A stretch of 64,000 bases of DNA from an uncultured Verrucomicrobiae bacterium (GCA_963764165.1 CAVXRD010000002.1:1504001-1568000), one strand, 5' to 3'; shown: positions 22,705 to 33,223, counted from the stretch's first letter. Program-made: numbers and translations. The notes: generated by a model from the sequence alone, not told the origin.

Positions 22705-23652
22705 ATGCGTATGATCCTGAAAGCGTCCCTTCGAATCTCGCTCCTGATTTTCGTTCTTTTTCAGAATCATTGTCTTCAAGCCCAGGACAAGGAAGCAGTG
22801 GCGGCCTGGAAAAAGAACAACAAAAACGCCGAAGCCGCGCTGGCGAAAGAGGATTTTACCAAGGCCAAGGAATGCTACGAAGCCGCATTGACCCAAGCCG
22901 AGAAATTTCCAACCAACGACGCCCGCCTGAGCGAAACCCTGACAAAACTTGCCTCGGTGCGCATGAACATCGATGAAGTGACCGGGGCGGAACTTGATAT
23001 TCGCCGCGCTTTGGCCATCGACGAGTCCCGATTTGGGTCCAATGATCTGCACCTCGCGCCGGAGCTGCTCTGCATTGGACAGTGTTGCGCTTTCGCTCGC
23101 CGGTGCGACGAAGCCGACGATTATTTCAAAAGGGCGCAGGCCATCCTTGAGAAAGCCTTTGGAAAATATGACCGCACCGTTGGCCTCTGCATTTGGGGCC
23201 GCGCAAACGATGCCTTGGTCGATGAACGCTATTCCGAATCTGAAACACTCTTCAAACAAGCGATTGAGCTTATAGAATCGTCGCGCGTCCGTGCCAAGTT
23301 CGATATTAACAGATACCCATCGATGGCCACGATGGCGCCAAACCGAACTCAAGTTGCGAGAATTCATGGCGATCAGGGGCTGCTGTTCGTAAGGGAGAAA
23401 AAATATGCCGAGGCCGAAAGCAACTTCAAACACTCCATCGAATTGCTGGAGCATGATTATGGAAAGCACAGTCGGATGTTATGCACAGACCTTGTTAACC
23501 TGGCCCAATCTTGCCTCGAAGCGGGAAAGTTGAAGGAAGCCAACGAGGCCGACAACCGCGCCCTAGCCCTCCTCCGTGGCGTGGATCCAGAGTCGCCCGT
23601 ATACCAGAGAGCGTTTGCCATCTCGGAGCAGATCAAAAAGCAAAAACCCTGA
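22705..23652 (+). CDS. Secreted tetratricopeptide repeat protein
   Basis: Signal-like N-terminus and kinesin-light-chain-type TPR repeats. Confidence 0.8.
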   Translation: MRMILKASLRISLLIFVLFQNHCLQAQDKEAVAAWKKNNKNAEAALAKEDFTKAKECYEAALTQAEKFPTNDARLSETLTKLASVRMNIDEVTGAELDIRRALAIDESRFGSNDLHLAPELLCIGQCCAFARRCDEADDYFKRAQAILEKAFGKYDRTVGLCIWGRANDALVDERYSESETLFKQAIELIESSRVRAKFDINRYPSMATMAPNRTQVARIHGDQGLLFVREKKYAEAESNFKHSIELLEHDYGKHSRMLCTDLVNLAQSCLEAGKLKEANEADNRALALLRGVDPESPVYQRAFAISEQIKKQKP

Positions 23653-23904
23653 CTAAACGGACAATTTTTCCGCCAGATGCGCTCCCCCTTGGTATCGTTA
23701 AAAGAAGGAAATTGAAGGAATCCAAAAAGGCCAACAACCGCGCTCTTGACTCTGCTTCCGCATGTGAGTCGCGCATTGCCGGTAGACCAGAGTGATGTCA
23801 CCATTCGACAGGCCCAAGCCGCATTTGAAAAGACTTAAAAGTAGCCAACCTGCGGTGTCAAAGATCGTGCGCATTGGCTACGATGACGACACGGCTTGTC
23901 AGTA

Positions 23905-24124
23905 AATCCCGAAGGAATTTTATCATTCAGCCCAGCGTTGGCCCGATTCCGAGAGGGCCTACGCTGGGTCATTGCGTTCAGAGGCTGTCAACCATTAAAT
24001 TGTTGAATACCAGATGCTTATGGAAACGATACAGCCCTTTCAGGGTTGAAAAGACTTGGTCCTTTTACCCAAGTAGCTCGTTCCTCGCAACCTTGGGCTG
24101 AATGCTTCCAATCCCGATGGAACT
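23905..24124. repeat. Degenerate inverted pair of REP-like hairpin elements
   Basis: CATTCAGCCCAGCGTTG...ACGCTGGG and CAACCTTGGGCTGAATG in inverted orientation. Confidence 0.55.
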
Positions 24125-24194
24125 CCTATAAGTCCCATGGGACAGCCCACCGTTTTGCCTTCCCACTGCGGCCGATTTCTGCTACGTACCCGCC

Positions 24195-25010
24195 GTGTAC
24201 TTGGATTACTATGGGCTGAGGGAACCGCCTTTTAATATTACACCAAATCCGCGGTTCCTGTTTTTCAGCGCCAAGCATCGCGAAGCCTTTAATCATCTTC
24301 TTTATGGCGTTCGCGAGCGCAAGGGCTTTGTCCAATTGACCGGCGAAGTCGGCTGCGGCAAAACCACCCTCTGCCGCGCCCTGCTGGAAGAACTCGGCCC
24401 AACGTTTTCCACCGCGCTCATCCTCAATCCCGTCCTCGACGCCGACCAGCTCATGAAAGCCATCGCGATGGAGCTGAATCTGCCGGTCAAAGGCCTTGAC
24501 CGCCTCGAGACCGTGGCGGAGATCAATCGCTTTCTGCTGCAGCAGGTGGAGCACGGCAAGGACACCGTTCTAATTATTGACGAAGCGCAGGACCTGACCG
24601 GCGAATTGCTGGAACAAGTGCGGCTGCTCTCCAATTTGGAGACCGACGAGCGCAAGCTTTTGCAGATCATCCTGATGGGCCAGCCCGAATTGCGCGTGAG
24701 GCTGAACGATCATGGCTTGCGCCAATTGCGCCAGCGCATCACCATCCGCTATCATTTGAATCCGCTCAAGCGCAACGAAATCGGGCAGTACGTGCAGCAT
24801 CGGCTCCAGGTTTCCGGCGCCAACGGCTCGCCGTATTTCACGGAGCCGGCTTTGTGGCGCATCTATAATTACAGCAAGGGAATTCCCCGCCTGATAAACG
24901 CAATTTGTGACAAGTGCCTGCTGGCAGGCTATGTTGAGCAATCTGAGAAAATTGATTTTCGCATTGTGGGCCGCGCCCGGCGGGAATTGGAAGGTCAAGT
25001 AGATTTATGA
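24195..25010 (+). CDS. ExeA/GspA-family AAA ATPase
   Basis: YYGLREPPF.ITPNP, GEVGCGKTT, IIDEAQ, GQPEL, GIPRLIN. Confidence 0.92.
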   Translation: MYLDYYGLREPPFNITPNPRFLFFSAKHREAFNHLLYGVRERKGFVQLTGEVGCGKTTLCRALLEELGPTFSTALILNPVLDADQLMKAIAMELNLPVKGLDRLETVAEINRFLLQQVEHGKDTVLIIDEAQDLTGELLEQVRLLSNLETDERKLLQIILMGQPELRVRLNDHGLRQLRQRITIRYHLNPLKRNEIGQYVQHRLQVSGANGSPYFTEPALWRIYNYSKGIPRLINAICDKCLLAGYVEQSEKIDFRIVGRARRELEGQVDL

Positions 25011-25591
25011 GTTTGATTAATGATGCGCTGAAACGCGCCAGCCGGTCGGACAAGGCGCAAGCCCCGCGCGTCGACAGCGGCACTTATGGCTCAATGTTTC
25101 CGGTGCAGGAAAAGCGGAAGCCAAAATTTCCATGGGCCGTCGTCGTGGTCGTCGTGCTGGCGCTCGGTTTATCCGCGGTGTTTTTTGCCAAGTGGTGGGG
25201 CGCCTCGCATCAAGTGGCGAAGCAGTCCGGCCCGCCAGCCAAACTGAAACCGGCTCCCGCAGTGGCGCCGCAAGTGGTTCAGGAGACTGCGCCCAAACCA
25301 CCCCCGGTGGAATCCAAGCCGATTGAAACCGCCGTTGCGCCAGCGCCGATCGTTGCCACGAATCCCGCGCCGGCGCCAGAACCCGAACCGCCGGTTGTGC
25401 CTCCCACCGCATGGCCCGCCGATTTGAAGTTGATGGGAATTTTCTACAGCAAGACGGCCCCGCACGCCTTGGTCAGCGGCAAGACAGTCGCCGTGGGCGA
25501 TGAAATTAACGGAATCCACATTGTCAAAATCGAGCCCAACGCCGTGACAATTGAGTGGAAGGGGCAAACGAAAACACTCTACACTGACTGA
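25007..25591 (+). CDS. ExeB/GspB-like membrane protein
   Basis: MSLINDALKRA, transmembrane helix, Pro-rich linker, LKLMGIFY. Confidence 0.75.
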   Translation: MSLINDALKRASRSDKAQAPRVDSGTYGSMFPVQEKRKPKFPWAVVVVVVLALGLSAVFFAKWWGASHQVAKQSGPPAKLKPAPAVAPQVVQETAPKPPPVESKPIETAVAPAPIVATNPAPAPEPEPPVVPPTAWPADLKLMGIFYSKTAPHALVSGKTVAVGDEINGIHIVKIEPNAVTIEWKGQTKTLYTD

Positions 25592-25613
25592 CGAAACTTG
25601 AGCCGACACGCAC

Positions 25614-25677
25614 GGTAGCGCGAGGCTCCCGCCGAGCCAACTTCGCGCGGACGGCTCGGCGGGAGCCTCGCCCTGCC
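25614..25677. repeat. REP doublet, family B
   Basis: GGTAGCGCGAGGCTCCCGCCGAGCC ... GGCTCGGCGGGAGCCTCGCCCTGCC. Confidence 0.75.
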
Positions 25678-25702
25678 ACGATTCGGAAATGTAATCGAGA
25701 TT

Positions 25703-27805
25703 ATGGAAAACGAACGCAAGACGCCGGAGGAACGGCAAAAAATGACGGACTTGGAGCGCATCAGACATTCCTGCGCGCACGTCCTCGCCACCGCCGTTTT
25801 GAAATTCTGGCCCGATGCCCAATTTGCCGCCGGCCCGCCGGTGGAAAACGGATTTTATTACGACGTCGAGATGGCCCACCGCCTGACTCCCGAGGATTTT
25901 CCCAAGCTCGAAGAGGAAATGAAACGGGTGGTGAAGGAGAACCAGGTTTTCGAAAAGATGGTCGTCACGCGCGATCAGGCTCTGGCCGACGCGACGAAAG
26001 GCCGCCTTGCTGCGTTGGGCGAGCGTTCCGTTCCGAGCAAGTTCAAATTGGACATCGTGCAGAACATCCCCGAAGGCGAGCCGATTACCTATTTTAAGAA
26101 CGGCGAATTCATCGATCTTTGCGCGGGCCCGCACGTGATGCGCACGGGGAACATCGGCGCGTTCAAGCTGACAACGCTCGCGAGTTCCTATTACAAGGGC
26201 GACGAGCGGAATCCGCAATTGCAGCGCATTTACGGCACCGCCTTCAAGAACAAGACGGAGATGGAGGCTTACTTCGCGATGATCGAAGAAGCCAAACGCC
26301 GCGACCATCGGAAGATCGGCGAGGAGATGGGATTGTTCAAACTGGATTCCGAATTTGTCGGCCCCGGTTTGCCGCTCTGGCTGCCGAAAGGCGGAGCCCT
26401 GGTCGAGGAATTGGAAAAGCTGGCGAAGGAGACAGAATTCATGGCCGGTTATGTGCGCGTTAAAACGCCCCATATCGCCAAGGAGAAAATGTATTTGACG
26501 AGCGGGCATCTGCCGATTCTTTACGCGGAGTCGATGTTTCCGCCGATGATTCTTGACGAAAAACGCGACGAACGCTTTCCAGTGCTGGATGAAAGACTGA
26601 GGTTGCAGGCAAAAGTAATGAAGATGGCGAGGCCGCTACTGGCTGCTGATGAAAACCCCGAAGTCCGTGCCGAACTTGAAAAAATTGGCCAACGAGGAGA
26701 GGTCAATCAAGCGATCGGCACTACAAAGTTGGCATTGGGTAGATTTAAGGAAGGCAAGGCCATCCCATCAGAACTAGAATCGCTCCTTAAGGAATACGAG
26801 GTGATAGAAGCAAAGGTAAGAGCCATTGAACCGGAAAAATATTACCTCAAAGCCATGAACTGCCCGCATCACCACCGCATTTTTGCTGCTGAACCGCGCA
26901 GTTACCGCGATTTGCCATTGCGCTTGGCCGAATACGGCACCTGCTATCGTTACGAGCAATCGGGCGAACTTTTCGGATTGATGCGCGTTCGTTCACTCAA
27001 CATGAACGACGCGCATATCTATTGCACGGAAGACCAATTCGCCGAGGAATTCAATGCCGTCAACGACATGTATCTGAAGTATTTCAAGATTTTTGGAATT
27101 GAGAAATACGTGATGCGTTTCAGCACGCACGATCCGTCCCGCCTCACCGGCGACAACGCCAAATTTGTCAACGAACCCGAGCTTTGGAAGAAAACGGAAG
27201 ACCTCGTCCGCAAAGTTCTGATTGACTCAAAAATCCCCTACGTCGAAGTGCCGAACGAAGCCGCTTTCTACGGTCCCAAAATTGACGTGCAAGTTTACAG
27301 CGTCATCGGCCGCGAATTTACCCTGGCGACCAACCAGGTTGATTTCGCGGTGCCGTCGCGGTTCGGCTTGAAATATCGCGACAAGGACAACACCGAGAAA
27401 ACGCCGCTGTGCATTCATCGCGCGCCGCTTGGCACGCACGAGCGGTTCATCGGATTTCTCATCGAGCATTACGCCGGAAATTTTCCGCTGTGGCTCGCGC
27501 CCGAGCAGGTGCGGGTGGTCACGATTGGCGATGACGAGGCGCTCGTTGCCTACGCGAAATCCATCGTGGCGGAATTGCGCGGAAATTTCGTCCGCGCCGA
27601 TGCGGATTATTCGACCAACAAAATCAACGGCAAAATCCAGGAAGCCGAAAAAGCGCGCGTCCACACGATGCTTGTCATCGGTCCGCGCGACATGCAGGGC
27701 GACGCCGTCTCCGTGCGCATCCACGGAAAAGGAAACGTCGGCGTGAAGAAAAAATCCGAAGCCATCGCGGAGATTGTCGCCGCGATCAAGGAGCGCCGCG
27801 CGTGA
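25703..27805 (+). CDS. thrS: Threonine--tRNA ligase with internal insertion
   Basis: RHSCAH, DLCAGPH, RDHRKIG, MNCPHH, FYGPKID, HRAPLGTHERF. Confidence 0.96.
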   Translation: MENERKTPEERQKMTDLERIRHSCAHVLATAVLKFWPDAQFAAGPPVENGFYYDVEMAHRLTPEDFPKLEEEMKRVVKENQVFEKMVVTRDQALADATKGRLAALGERSVPSKFKLDIVQNIPEGEPITYFKNGEFIDLCAGPHVMRTGNIGAFKLTTLASSYYKGDERNPQLQRIYGTAFKNKTEMEAYFAMIEEAKRRDHRKIGEEMGLFKLDSEFVGPGLPLWLPKGGALVEELEKLAKETEFMAGYVRVKTPHIAKEKMYLTSGHLPILYAESMFPPMILDEKRDERFPVLDERLRLQAKVMKMARPLLAADENPEVRAELEKIGQRGEVNQAIGTTKLALGRFKEGKAIPSELESLLKEYEVIEAKVRAIEPEKYYLKAMNCPHHHRIFAAEPRSYRDLPLRLAEYGTCYRYEQSGELFGLMRVRSLNMNDAHIYCTEDQFAEEFNAVNDMYLKYFKIFGIEKYVMRFSTHDPSRLTGDNAKFVNEPELWKKTEDLVRKVLIDSKIPYVEVPNEAAFYGPKIDVQVYSVIGREFTLATNQVDFAVPSRFGLKYRDKDNTEKTPLCIHRAPLGTHERFIGFLIEHYAGNFPLWLAPEQVRVVTIGDDEALVAYAKSIVAELRGNFVRADADYSTNKINGKIQEAEKARVHTMLVIGPRDMQGDAVSVRIHGKGNVGVKKKSEAIAEIVAAIKERRA

Positions 27806-27848
27806 GGGCGAATTGGCCCGCAATCGTAGCGCAGGTTTCCGATTCTAA

Positions 27849-28094
27849 GGTAGGGACGCCTCGCCGAGGCGTCCGGGTTGAGGCGCTCTACCTGCGAAAC
27901 CAGTGGAATAAACCACACGCAACCGGACGCCTCGGCGGAGTCTGTCTCAAAACTCAAAAACGGCTTTAAAAAGCACCACCAAAACACCCTCACCGAAAAT
28001 AAAAATGCGCCATATCGAAAATGAGAGATTGGTAGTATTGACACACTTTGAGGATTTTGTAGTTTTGAGACAATCTCGGCGAGGCGTCCCTACC
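27849..28094. repeat. REP doublet, family A, with the second unit interrupted by a MITE
   Basis: GGTAGGGACGCCTCGCCGAGGCGTCC and a split GGACGCCTCGGCG/GGCGAGGCGTCCCTACC. Confidence 0.85.
27938..28077. mobile_element. 140-bp MITE with 17-bp terminal inverted repeats and 4-bp target duplication
   Basis: GAGTCTGTCTCAAAACT...AGTTTTGAGACAATCTC flanked by GGCG on both sides; AT-rich interior. Confidence 0.85.
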
Positions 28095-28162
28095 TTGGAA
28101 ACAAGCGCAATGAGTATTCGCCATTTCTGTGACAACCCTGTAGCCTTTTTGCCAAATTCCAT

Positions 28163-29377
28163 ATGAGCGACTTTACAATCAACTGCCCGCACTGCCAGTC
28201 AGGCATTCTCGTTACCCCCGAACACGTAGGCCTGGAAATCGCCTGTCCGACCTGCCAAAAGCCAGTGGTGGTGCCGCCTGATCCAAGCGCTCCCGCTCCG
28301 GCGCCAGCCAAAGCCGGAACGCGTTTGGCCGCCTCGACGTCCGCGCCGCCGGCTCACACTCCTGCGCCGTTGCCTCCGGGCGCTCAAATGGGAAAGCCCA
28401 CCAAGAAGCCGAAAAAGAAGGCGGGCCTCATTATTGGAATTTGCTCGGGCGTGGTTGCGCTCGGAGCGTTGATTTACTTCTGGCCGCAACTCATGGCTGC
28501 TCTCAAGAAAGAGGACGCAGCCAAGCTCGCCGCGCAGGTCGACACCAATGTCCCGCCGCCTCCGCCGCCGGAATTATCGACCGAGGAAATCCTGGACAAA
28601 CTTAGCGAGACTTACAAAGGCTTTACGGATTATTCCGCCCGCGCGCAAACGGTTGGCGAACTGGACTTGTCCGGCCTGATTCCCGGCTCAAAAAGCATGC
28701 AGACAAGCACGAAGAGTTCGCTGCAATTCGGCCGCACCAACTACTACCGCCTCGAATGGGATCAAACCGCGGCGGGAAAGGAAGTCAAAGGCGCCGCGTG
28801 GAATGCAGGGAAGGGCAATTACGTCGAATATGGCGCGGCGGCGCCCAATAAAGTGAAAACGCGGGATCTGGCCGTGATGCCCGCCCTGCAATCGTTCATT
28901 CTCAGCCCTGTCGTGATGGAAGTGTTTTTTGACACAACAAACAGCGTGACGAAGGATGCCAAGGATTTCACCAAAACCAACGCGCCGGACTTGGAAAACC
29001 AGCAAAACTGGGTCCTGGCCGGAGAAGTCGAGCATCAATCCGTCTTGATCTGGATCAGGAAAGATTCCTTTGTCATCAACAAAATCATGTTGAAACTCGG
29101 CGGCATGATTGACGATGCGGAATTGAAAAAAATGCCGTCCTCGCAGCGTGCGCAAATGCAGGCGCTGTCGAAGATCAAAGGCAAAGTCACCGAGGAGTAC
29201 TCGCAGATTCAAACCAACCAGCATTTGATGGCGGCGACCTATGAAACGCCCTTCAAGCCCGCGGCGCCGGGCGCGCCCGGGAACGCCGCCGCATCGCAGC
29301 GACCCGGGAGCCGGGCTGGCCAACTGGTGGCGCCCATCAAACGCCGGCAACAGGCGGCGCAGCCGCCGCCGCAGTAG
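28163..29377 (+). CDS. Zn-ribbon, Pro-rich, TM and LolA-like periplasmic domain protein
   Basis: CPHC...CPTC, one TM helix, beta-rich C-terminal part. Confidence 0.7.
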   Translation: MSDFTINCPHCQSGILVTPEHVGLEIACPTCQKPVVVPPDPSAPAPAPAKAGTRLAASTSAPPAHTPAPLPPGAQMGKPTKKPKKKAGLIIGICSGVVALGALIYFWPQLMAALKKEDAAKLAAQVDTNVPPPPPPELSTEEILDKLSETYKGFTDYSARAQTVGELDLSGLIPGSKSMQTSTKSSLQFGRTNYYRLEWDQTAAGKEVKGAAWNAGKGNYVEYGAAAPNKVKTRDLAVMPALQSFILSPVVMEVFFDTTNSVTKDAKDFTKTNAPDLENQQNWVLAGEVEHQSVLIWIRKDSFVINKIMLKLGGMIDDAELKKMPSSQRAQMQALSKIKGKVTEEYSQIQTNQHLMAATYETPFKPAAPGAPGNAAASQRPGSRAGQLVAPIKRRQQAAQPPPQ

Positions 29378-29380
29378 CAA

Positions 29381-29482
29381 GGCAGGGACGCCTCGCCGAG
29401 GCGTCCGGTTGCGTGGGATAAATGCCACGGCTTTCGCATGGATTGCGCCAAACCCCGGACGCCTCGGCGAGGCGTCCCTGCC
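29381..29482. repeat. REP doublet, family A
   Basis: GGCAGGGACGCCTCGCCGAGGCGTCC ... GGACGCCTCGGCGAGGCGTCCCTGCC. Confidence 0.88.
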
Positions 29483-29530
29483 TTTGACAAAATCACTTTG
29501 CCTCTTAGCCATTTTGTGCCATAGTGCGGC

Positions 29531-30700
29531 ATGGCCTTCCAACGTGAACACCGACATGCGTGCAGTCGTCGCGCTTTCATGCGTTTAGGGGCGACGCTTG
29601 CCCTCGGCGCGCCGCTGGCCCGCGCGTTTGGACAGACCAATCTACTTTCTCCGATAGCCAAGTCCGACGCAATTGTTTCCATCGTTCCCTGCAAAACTTA
29701 CGGGCCGGAAATCCGCGCCGCTTTGGCAAAATGTTTTGACCTCATTGGCGGCGTCGAGACGCTCGTTCGCAACAAGACGGTCACCATCAAGCTGAATCTG
29801 ACTGGCTCGAATTTCACCCGTTACCTTGGCCGCCCGGTGGGCGAGACATTCATGACGCACAGCGCCACCGTCACCGCGCTGCTCGCCCTTTTATTTGACT
29901 CCGGCGCCACGCGCGTTCGCCTGGTGGAATCAACGCAGCGCCAGCAAGCCCTCGACGAAACGCTCTCGGACGCGGGCTGGGATGTGCATGCCTTCAACAG
30001 TCTCGGCAAGATCGAATACGAAAACACCCGCAACCTCGGCTCCGGCAAGTCGTATGCGACGCTGAAGGTGCCGTTCGGCGGCTATATGTTTTCCTCGCTC
30101 GATTTGAACCGCGCCTATCACGACACCGACGTGATGATTTCCCTCGCGAAATTGAAGCGGCATATTACAGCGGGAGTGACGCTCTCGATGAAGAATCTTT
30201 TTGGCATTACGCCTAATTCGCTCTATGGAAGCGAGGCGGGAAGCGAAAAAGCGATTGCCGGGCGCGATCCACTTCACGATCCGCAAGGCTTCGATAATAT
30301 AAAATTTCCCGGGATAAAAGCGGGCACGCCGTGGCGCGATCCATTTTCACGCGTGCCGCGCATCACCATCGACGACTGCGCGGCGCGGCCGATTGATCTC
30401 GCTATTATTGACGGCATCAGCGCCATGACCGGCGGCGAAGGGCCATGGTGCGCGCAGGCGGCCAAGATTGAATACATCGCGCCGGGAGTTCTGATTGCCG
30501 GGCGCAATGCAGTTTCGACCGATGCCGTCGCGACCTCAGTGATGGGTTACGATCCTCGCGCGCCGCGCCGGACGCATCCGTTTGATAACGGTGATAATTT
30601 CCTCCTGCTGGCGGAAGAGGCCGGCCTGGGCACCGCCGATTTGTCGCGCATTGACGTCCGCGGATTGACTGTCGAAAAAGCCCGCTGTCCTTATGGTTGA
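29531..30700 (+). CDS. DUF362 domain protein with Tat signal
   Basis: SRRAFMRLG, KLKRH...GVTLSMKNLFG, IIDGI...GEGP. Confidence 0.85.
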   Translation: MAFQREHRHACSRRAFMRLGATLALGAPLARAFGQTNLLSPIAKSDAIVSIVPCKTYGPEIRAALAKCFDLIGGVETLVRNKTVTIKLNLTGSNFTRYLGRPVGETFMTHSATVTALLALLFDSGATRVRLVESTQRQQALDETLSDAGWDVHAFNSLGKIEYENTRNLGSGKSYATLKVPFGGYMFSSLDLNRAYHDTDVMISLAKLKRHITAGVTLSMKNLFGITPNSLYGSEAGSEKAIAGRDPLHDPQGFDNIKFPGIKAGTPWRDPFSRVPRITIDDCAARPIDLAIIDGISAMTGGEGPWCAQAAKIEYIAPGVLIAGRNAVSTDAVATSVMGYDPRAPRRTHPFDNGDNFLLLAEEAGLGTADLSRIDVRGLTVEKARCPYG

Positions 30701-31640
30701 CACGGCGGCGGCATCGGACCGCCGTTTTCTCGGAATCGAAATCGGCGGCACCAAGCTCCAAGTTTTCGTTGGGGATGGGAATGCAAATGTCCTCGAACGC
30801 CATCGATTTTCAGTCGATCCATCCAGCGGCGCGGCTGGCATTCGCGCGCAGTTGGAGCGGCTGCTGCCCGAATTGGCCAAGCGCATTCAACCCTCCGCGA
30901 TTGGTGTTGGTTTCGGCGGGCCGGTGGATCGGACATCCGGCAAAATTTGCTGCTCGCATCAAGTTTCGGGTTGGTCGGATTTTCCGTTGGGATCGTGGAT
31001 TTCCTCGCTCACGAAATCGCAGGTCACGGTGGATAACGACGCGAATGTCGGCGCGCTGGGCGAAGCTGCTTGTGGTGCGGGAGTTGGTTTCAATCCGGTT
31101 TTCTACGTGACACTGGGAAGCGGCGTCGGAGGCGGATTGGTTGTCGATGGCGGGATTTATCATGGCGCGCTGCCGGGCGAAGCGGAGATCGGCCACGTCA
31201 GATTGGATCGAGCCGGAACCATTCTCGAATCGCGATGCTCCGGCTGGGCCGTCGATGCGAAAATTCGCGCCGCGAAATTGCGGGAACCCAACAGTGTTCT
31301 CGCGCGATGCGTTGGAACTGCGATGGCACACGAAGCGAAATTTCTGGGCGAAGCGATTGCGCAAAACGATTCGCAGGCGAATTCAATTCTGGAGGAAACA
31401 GCCGAGGATTTGGCCTTTGGACTTTCGCACGCCACACATTTGCTCCATCCGGAAATCATTGTGCTTGGCGGCGGATTGTCGCTCTTGGGCGAGCCGTTGC
31501 GGGCGGCGGTCGCGCGAATTCTGCCGCGCTTTACGATGGAAGCCTTCGCGCCTGGCCCGCGCATTGCGCTGGCGCGCCTGGGTGAAGATGCGGTTCCCGT
31601 CGGCGCATTAGCATTGGCAGGGTCTGTGTTTTGCGCTTAA
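30693..31640 (+). CDS. ROK family sugar kinase
   Basis: GIEIGGTK, DNDANVGALGE, GSGVGGG, EIGH. Confidence 0.9.
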   Translation: MVDTAAASDRRFLGIEIGGTKLQVFVGDGNANVLERHRFSVDPSSGAAGIRAQLERLLPELAKRIQPSAIGVGFGGPVDRTSGKICCSHQVSGWSDFPLGSWISSLTKSQVTVDNDANVGALGEAACGAGVGFNPVFYVTLGSGVGGGLVVDGGIYHGALPGEAEIGHVRLDRAGTILESRCSGWAVDAKIRAAKLREPNSVLARCVGTAMAHEAKFLGEAIAQNDSQANSILEETAEDLAFGLSHATHLLHPEIIVLGGGLSLLGEPLRAAVARILPRFTMEAFAPGPRIALARLGEDAVPVGALALAGSVFCA

Positions 31641-31654
31641 CATGAGCCGTCGCA

Positions 31655-33223
31655 ATGCCTGCCAACGATCAGATACGCAGAAAAGTTTCCGATCTGCCGC
31701 ATAAGCCGGGCGTGTATCTGATGAAGGACCGTTTCGGAACGGTCATCTATGTGGGCAAGGCGCGCGATTTGCGCAAGCGGGTCAGCACCTATTTTCAGCC
31801 ATCGCGCCGGATGGGCTGGGATCTCAAATTCAACGCGCTGGTGGAAGCCGTCCACGACCTCGACACCTACCCGGTGCGCACGGAGCCGGAGGCGCTGCTG
31901 CTGGAAGGAAAGCTGATCAAGGAATTCCAGCCGCGCTACAACATCAGCTTCCGCGACGACAAAAGATTTCTTCTGGTCAAAGTCAACCTGAACGATCCCA
32001 TCCCGAGATTCGTATTGACGCGGCTGCGGCAGGAAGATGGCGCGAAATACTTCGGGCCGTTCGCGCACTCGGCTTCCGCGCGCCACACGCTGACGCTGGC
32101 GCGGCGGAAATTCAATCTGCGCGGCTGCCGCCCCTTCACGCCGAACGCGGATGATTACAAACATTGCCTCTACGGCCATTTGAAATACTGCACCGCGCCG
32201 TGCATCGGGAACATCGCGCTGGAGGATTATCGCCGCCAGGTTTCCGCCGCCTGCGATTTCCTGGACGGCCAGACAGGCGAAATGGAGAAAGACCTGGAAG
32301 ATCAAATGAAAAAGGCGGCGCAAGCCGAGGACTTCGAGAAGGCCGCGCAATTCCGCGATGCGCTGGGGGACCTCCGCCGCACCACTCAGAAGACGAAGAA
32401 ATTCCCGCGCCTTCCCTACACGCTCCCATTGTCCATTGACCCGGCGAAAGATTTGGCGGAACTCGCCAAGATCCTCGAATTGCCCGCGCCGCCCATGCGC
32501 ATCGAGGGATTCGATATTTCCAACATCAGCGGAACTTTCGCCGTGGCGTCGATGGTCAGCTTTCGCGACGGTAAGCCGGATCGCTCGAATTACCGCCGCT
32601 TCCGCATGAAAACGGTGGTGGGGCAGGATGATTTTGCGTGCATGGCGGAAACGGTGCGCCGGCGCTACACCCGCGTTTCGCGCGAATCACCGGAATCGCT
32701 GCCGGGATTAATTCTTATTGACGGTGGCAAGGGCCAGCTAAATGCCGCCGTGGCTGAACTGACACAGTTAAATCTTGCGCACATTCCCATTATTGGATTG
32801 GCAAAGGAATTTGAGGAAATCTACCGTCCCGGCCTTCCCGAACCGCTGCGATTAAGCCACGAACTTGGCGCTCTCAAACTATTGCAGCGTGTGCGCGACG
32901 AATCCCATCGTTTCGCCAACACTTACAACGCGCAGCTTCGATTGAAGAAAATTTCGGAAAGCATCCTGGATGAATTTCCAGGCATCGGCCACCAGCGGAA
33001 AACGGCTCTCCTGAAAAAGTTCGGTTCCATCCAGCGATTGCGCATGGCTGCGCTGGAGGACATCGCCACCGTGCCGGGCTTCGGAGGGAAGGCGGCGCAG
33101 GAGTTGAAGAATTTTCTGGAAGCGCGGACGGCCATTCCGGCGAAACCGATCGAAGCCGAAGCCGAAAAACTGGACGAGGATGCCGACACTTTTTTGGACA
33201 ACAACACGGGCGAAGCCAGGTAG
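31655..33223 (+). CDS. uvrC: Excinuclease ABC subunit C
   Basis: PGVYLM...IYVGKA GIY-YIG, UVR motif, FDISN, IDGGKGQ, RDESHRFA, HhH. Confidence 0.95.
   Translation: MPANDQIRRKVSDLPHKPGVYLMKDRFGTVIYVGKARDLRKRVSTYFQPSRRMGWDLKFNALVEAVHDLDTYPVRTEPEALLLEGKLIKEFQPRYNISFRDDKRFLLVKVNLNDPIPRFVLTRLRQEDGAKYFGPFAHSASARHTLTLARRKFNLRGCRPFTPNADDYKHCLYGHLKYCTAPCIGNIALEDYRRQVSAACDFLDGQTGEMEKDLEDQMKKAAQAEDFEKAAQFRDALGDLRRTTQKTKKFPRLPYTLPLSIDPAKDLAELAKILELPAPPMRIEGFDISNISGTFAVASMVSFRDGKPDRSNYRRFRMKTVVGQDDFACMAETVRRRYTRVSRESPESLPGLILIDGGKGQLNAAVAELTQLNLAHIPIIGLAKEFEEIYRPGLPEPLRLSHELGALKLLQRVRDESHRFANTYNAQLRLKKISESILDEFPGIGHQRKTALLKKFGSIQRLRMAALEDIATVPGFGGKAAQELKNFLEARTAIPAKPIEAEAEKLDEDADTFLDNNTGEAR

Noticed and set aside
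26549..26839. Intein in thrS
   Set aside because: No N-terminal Cys/Ser block, no HN-C/S/T end, and too short
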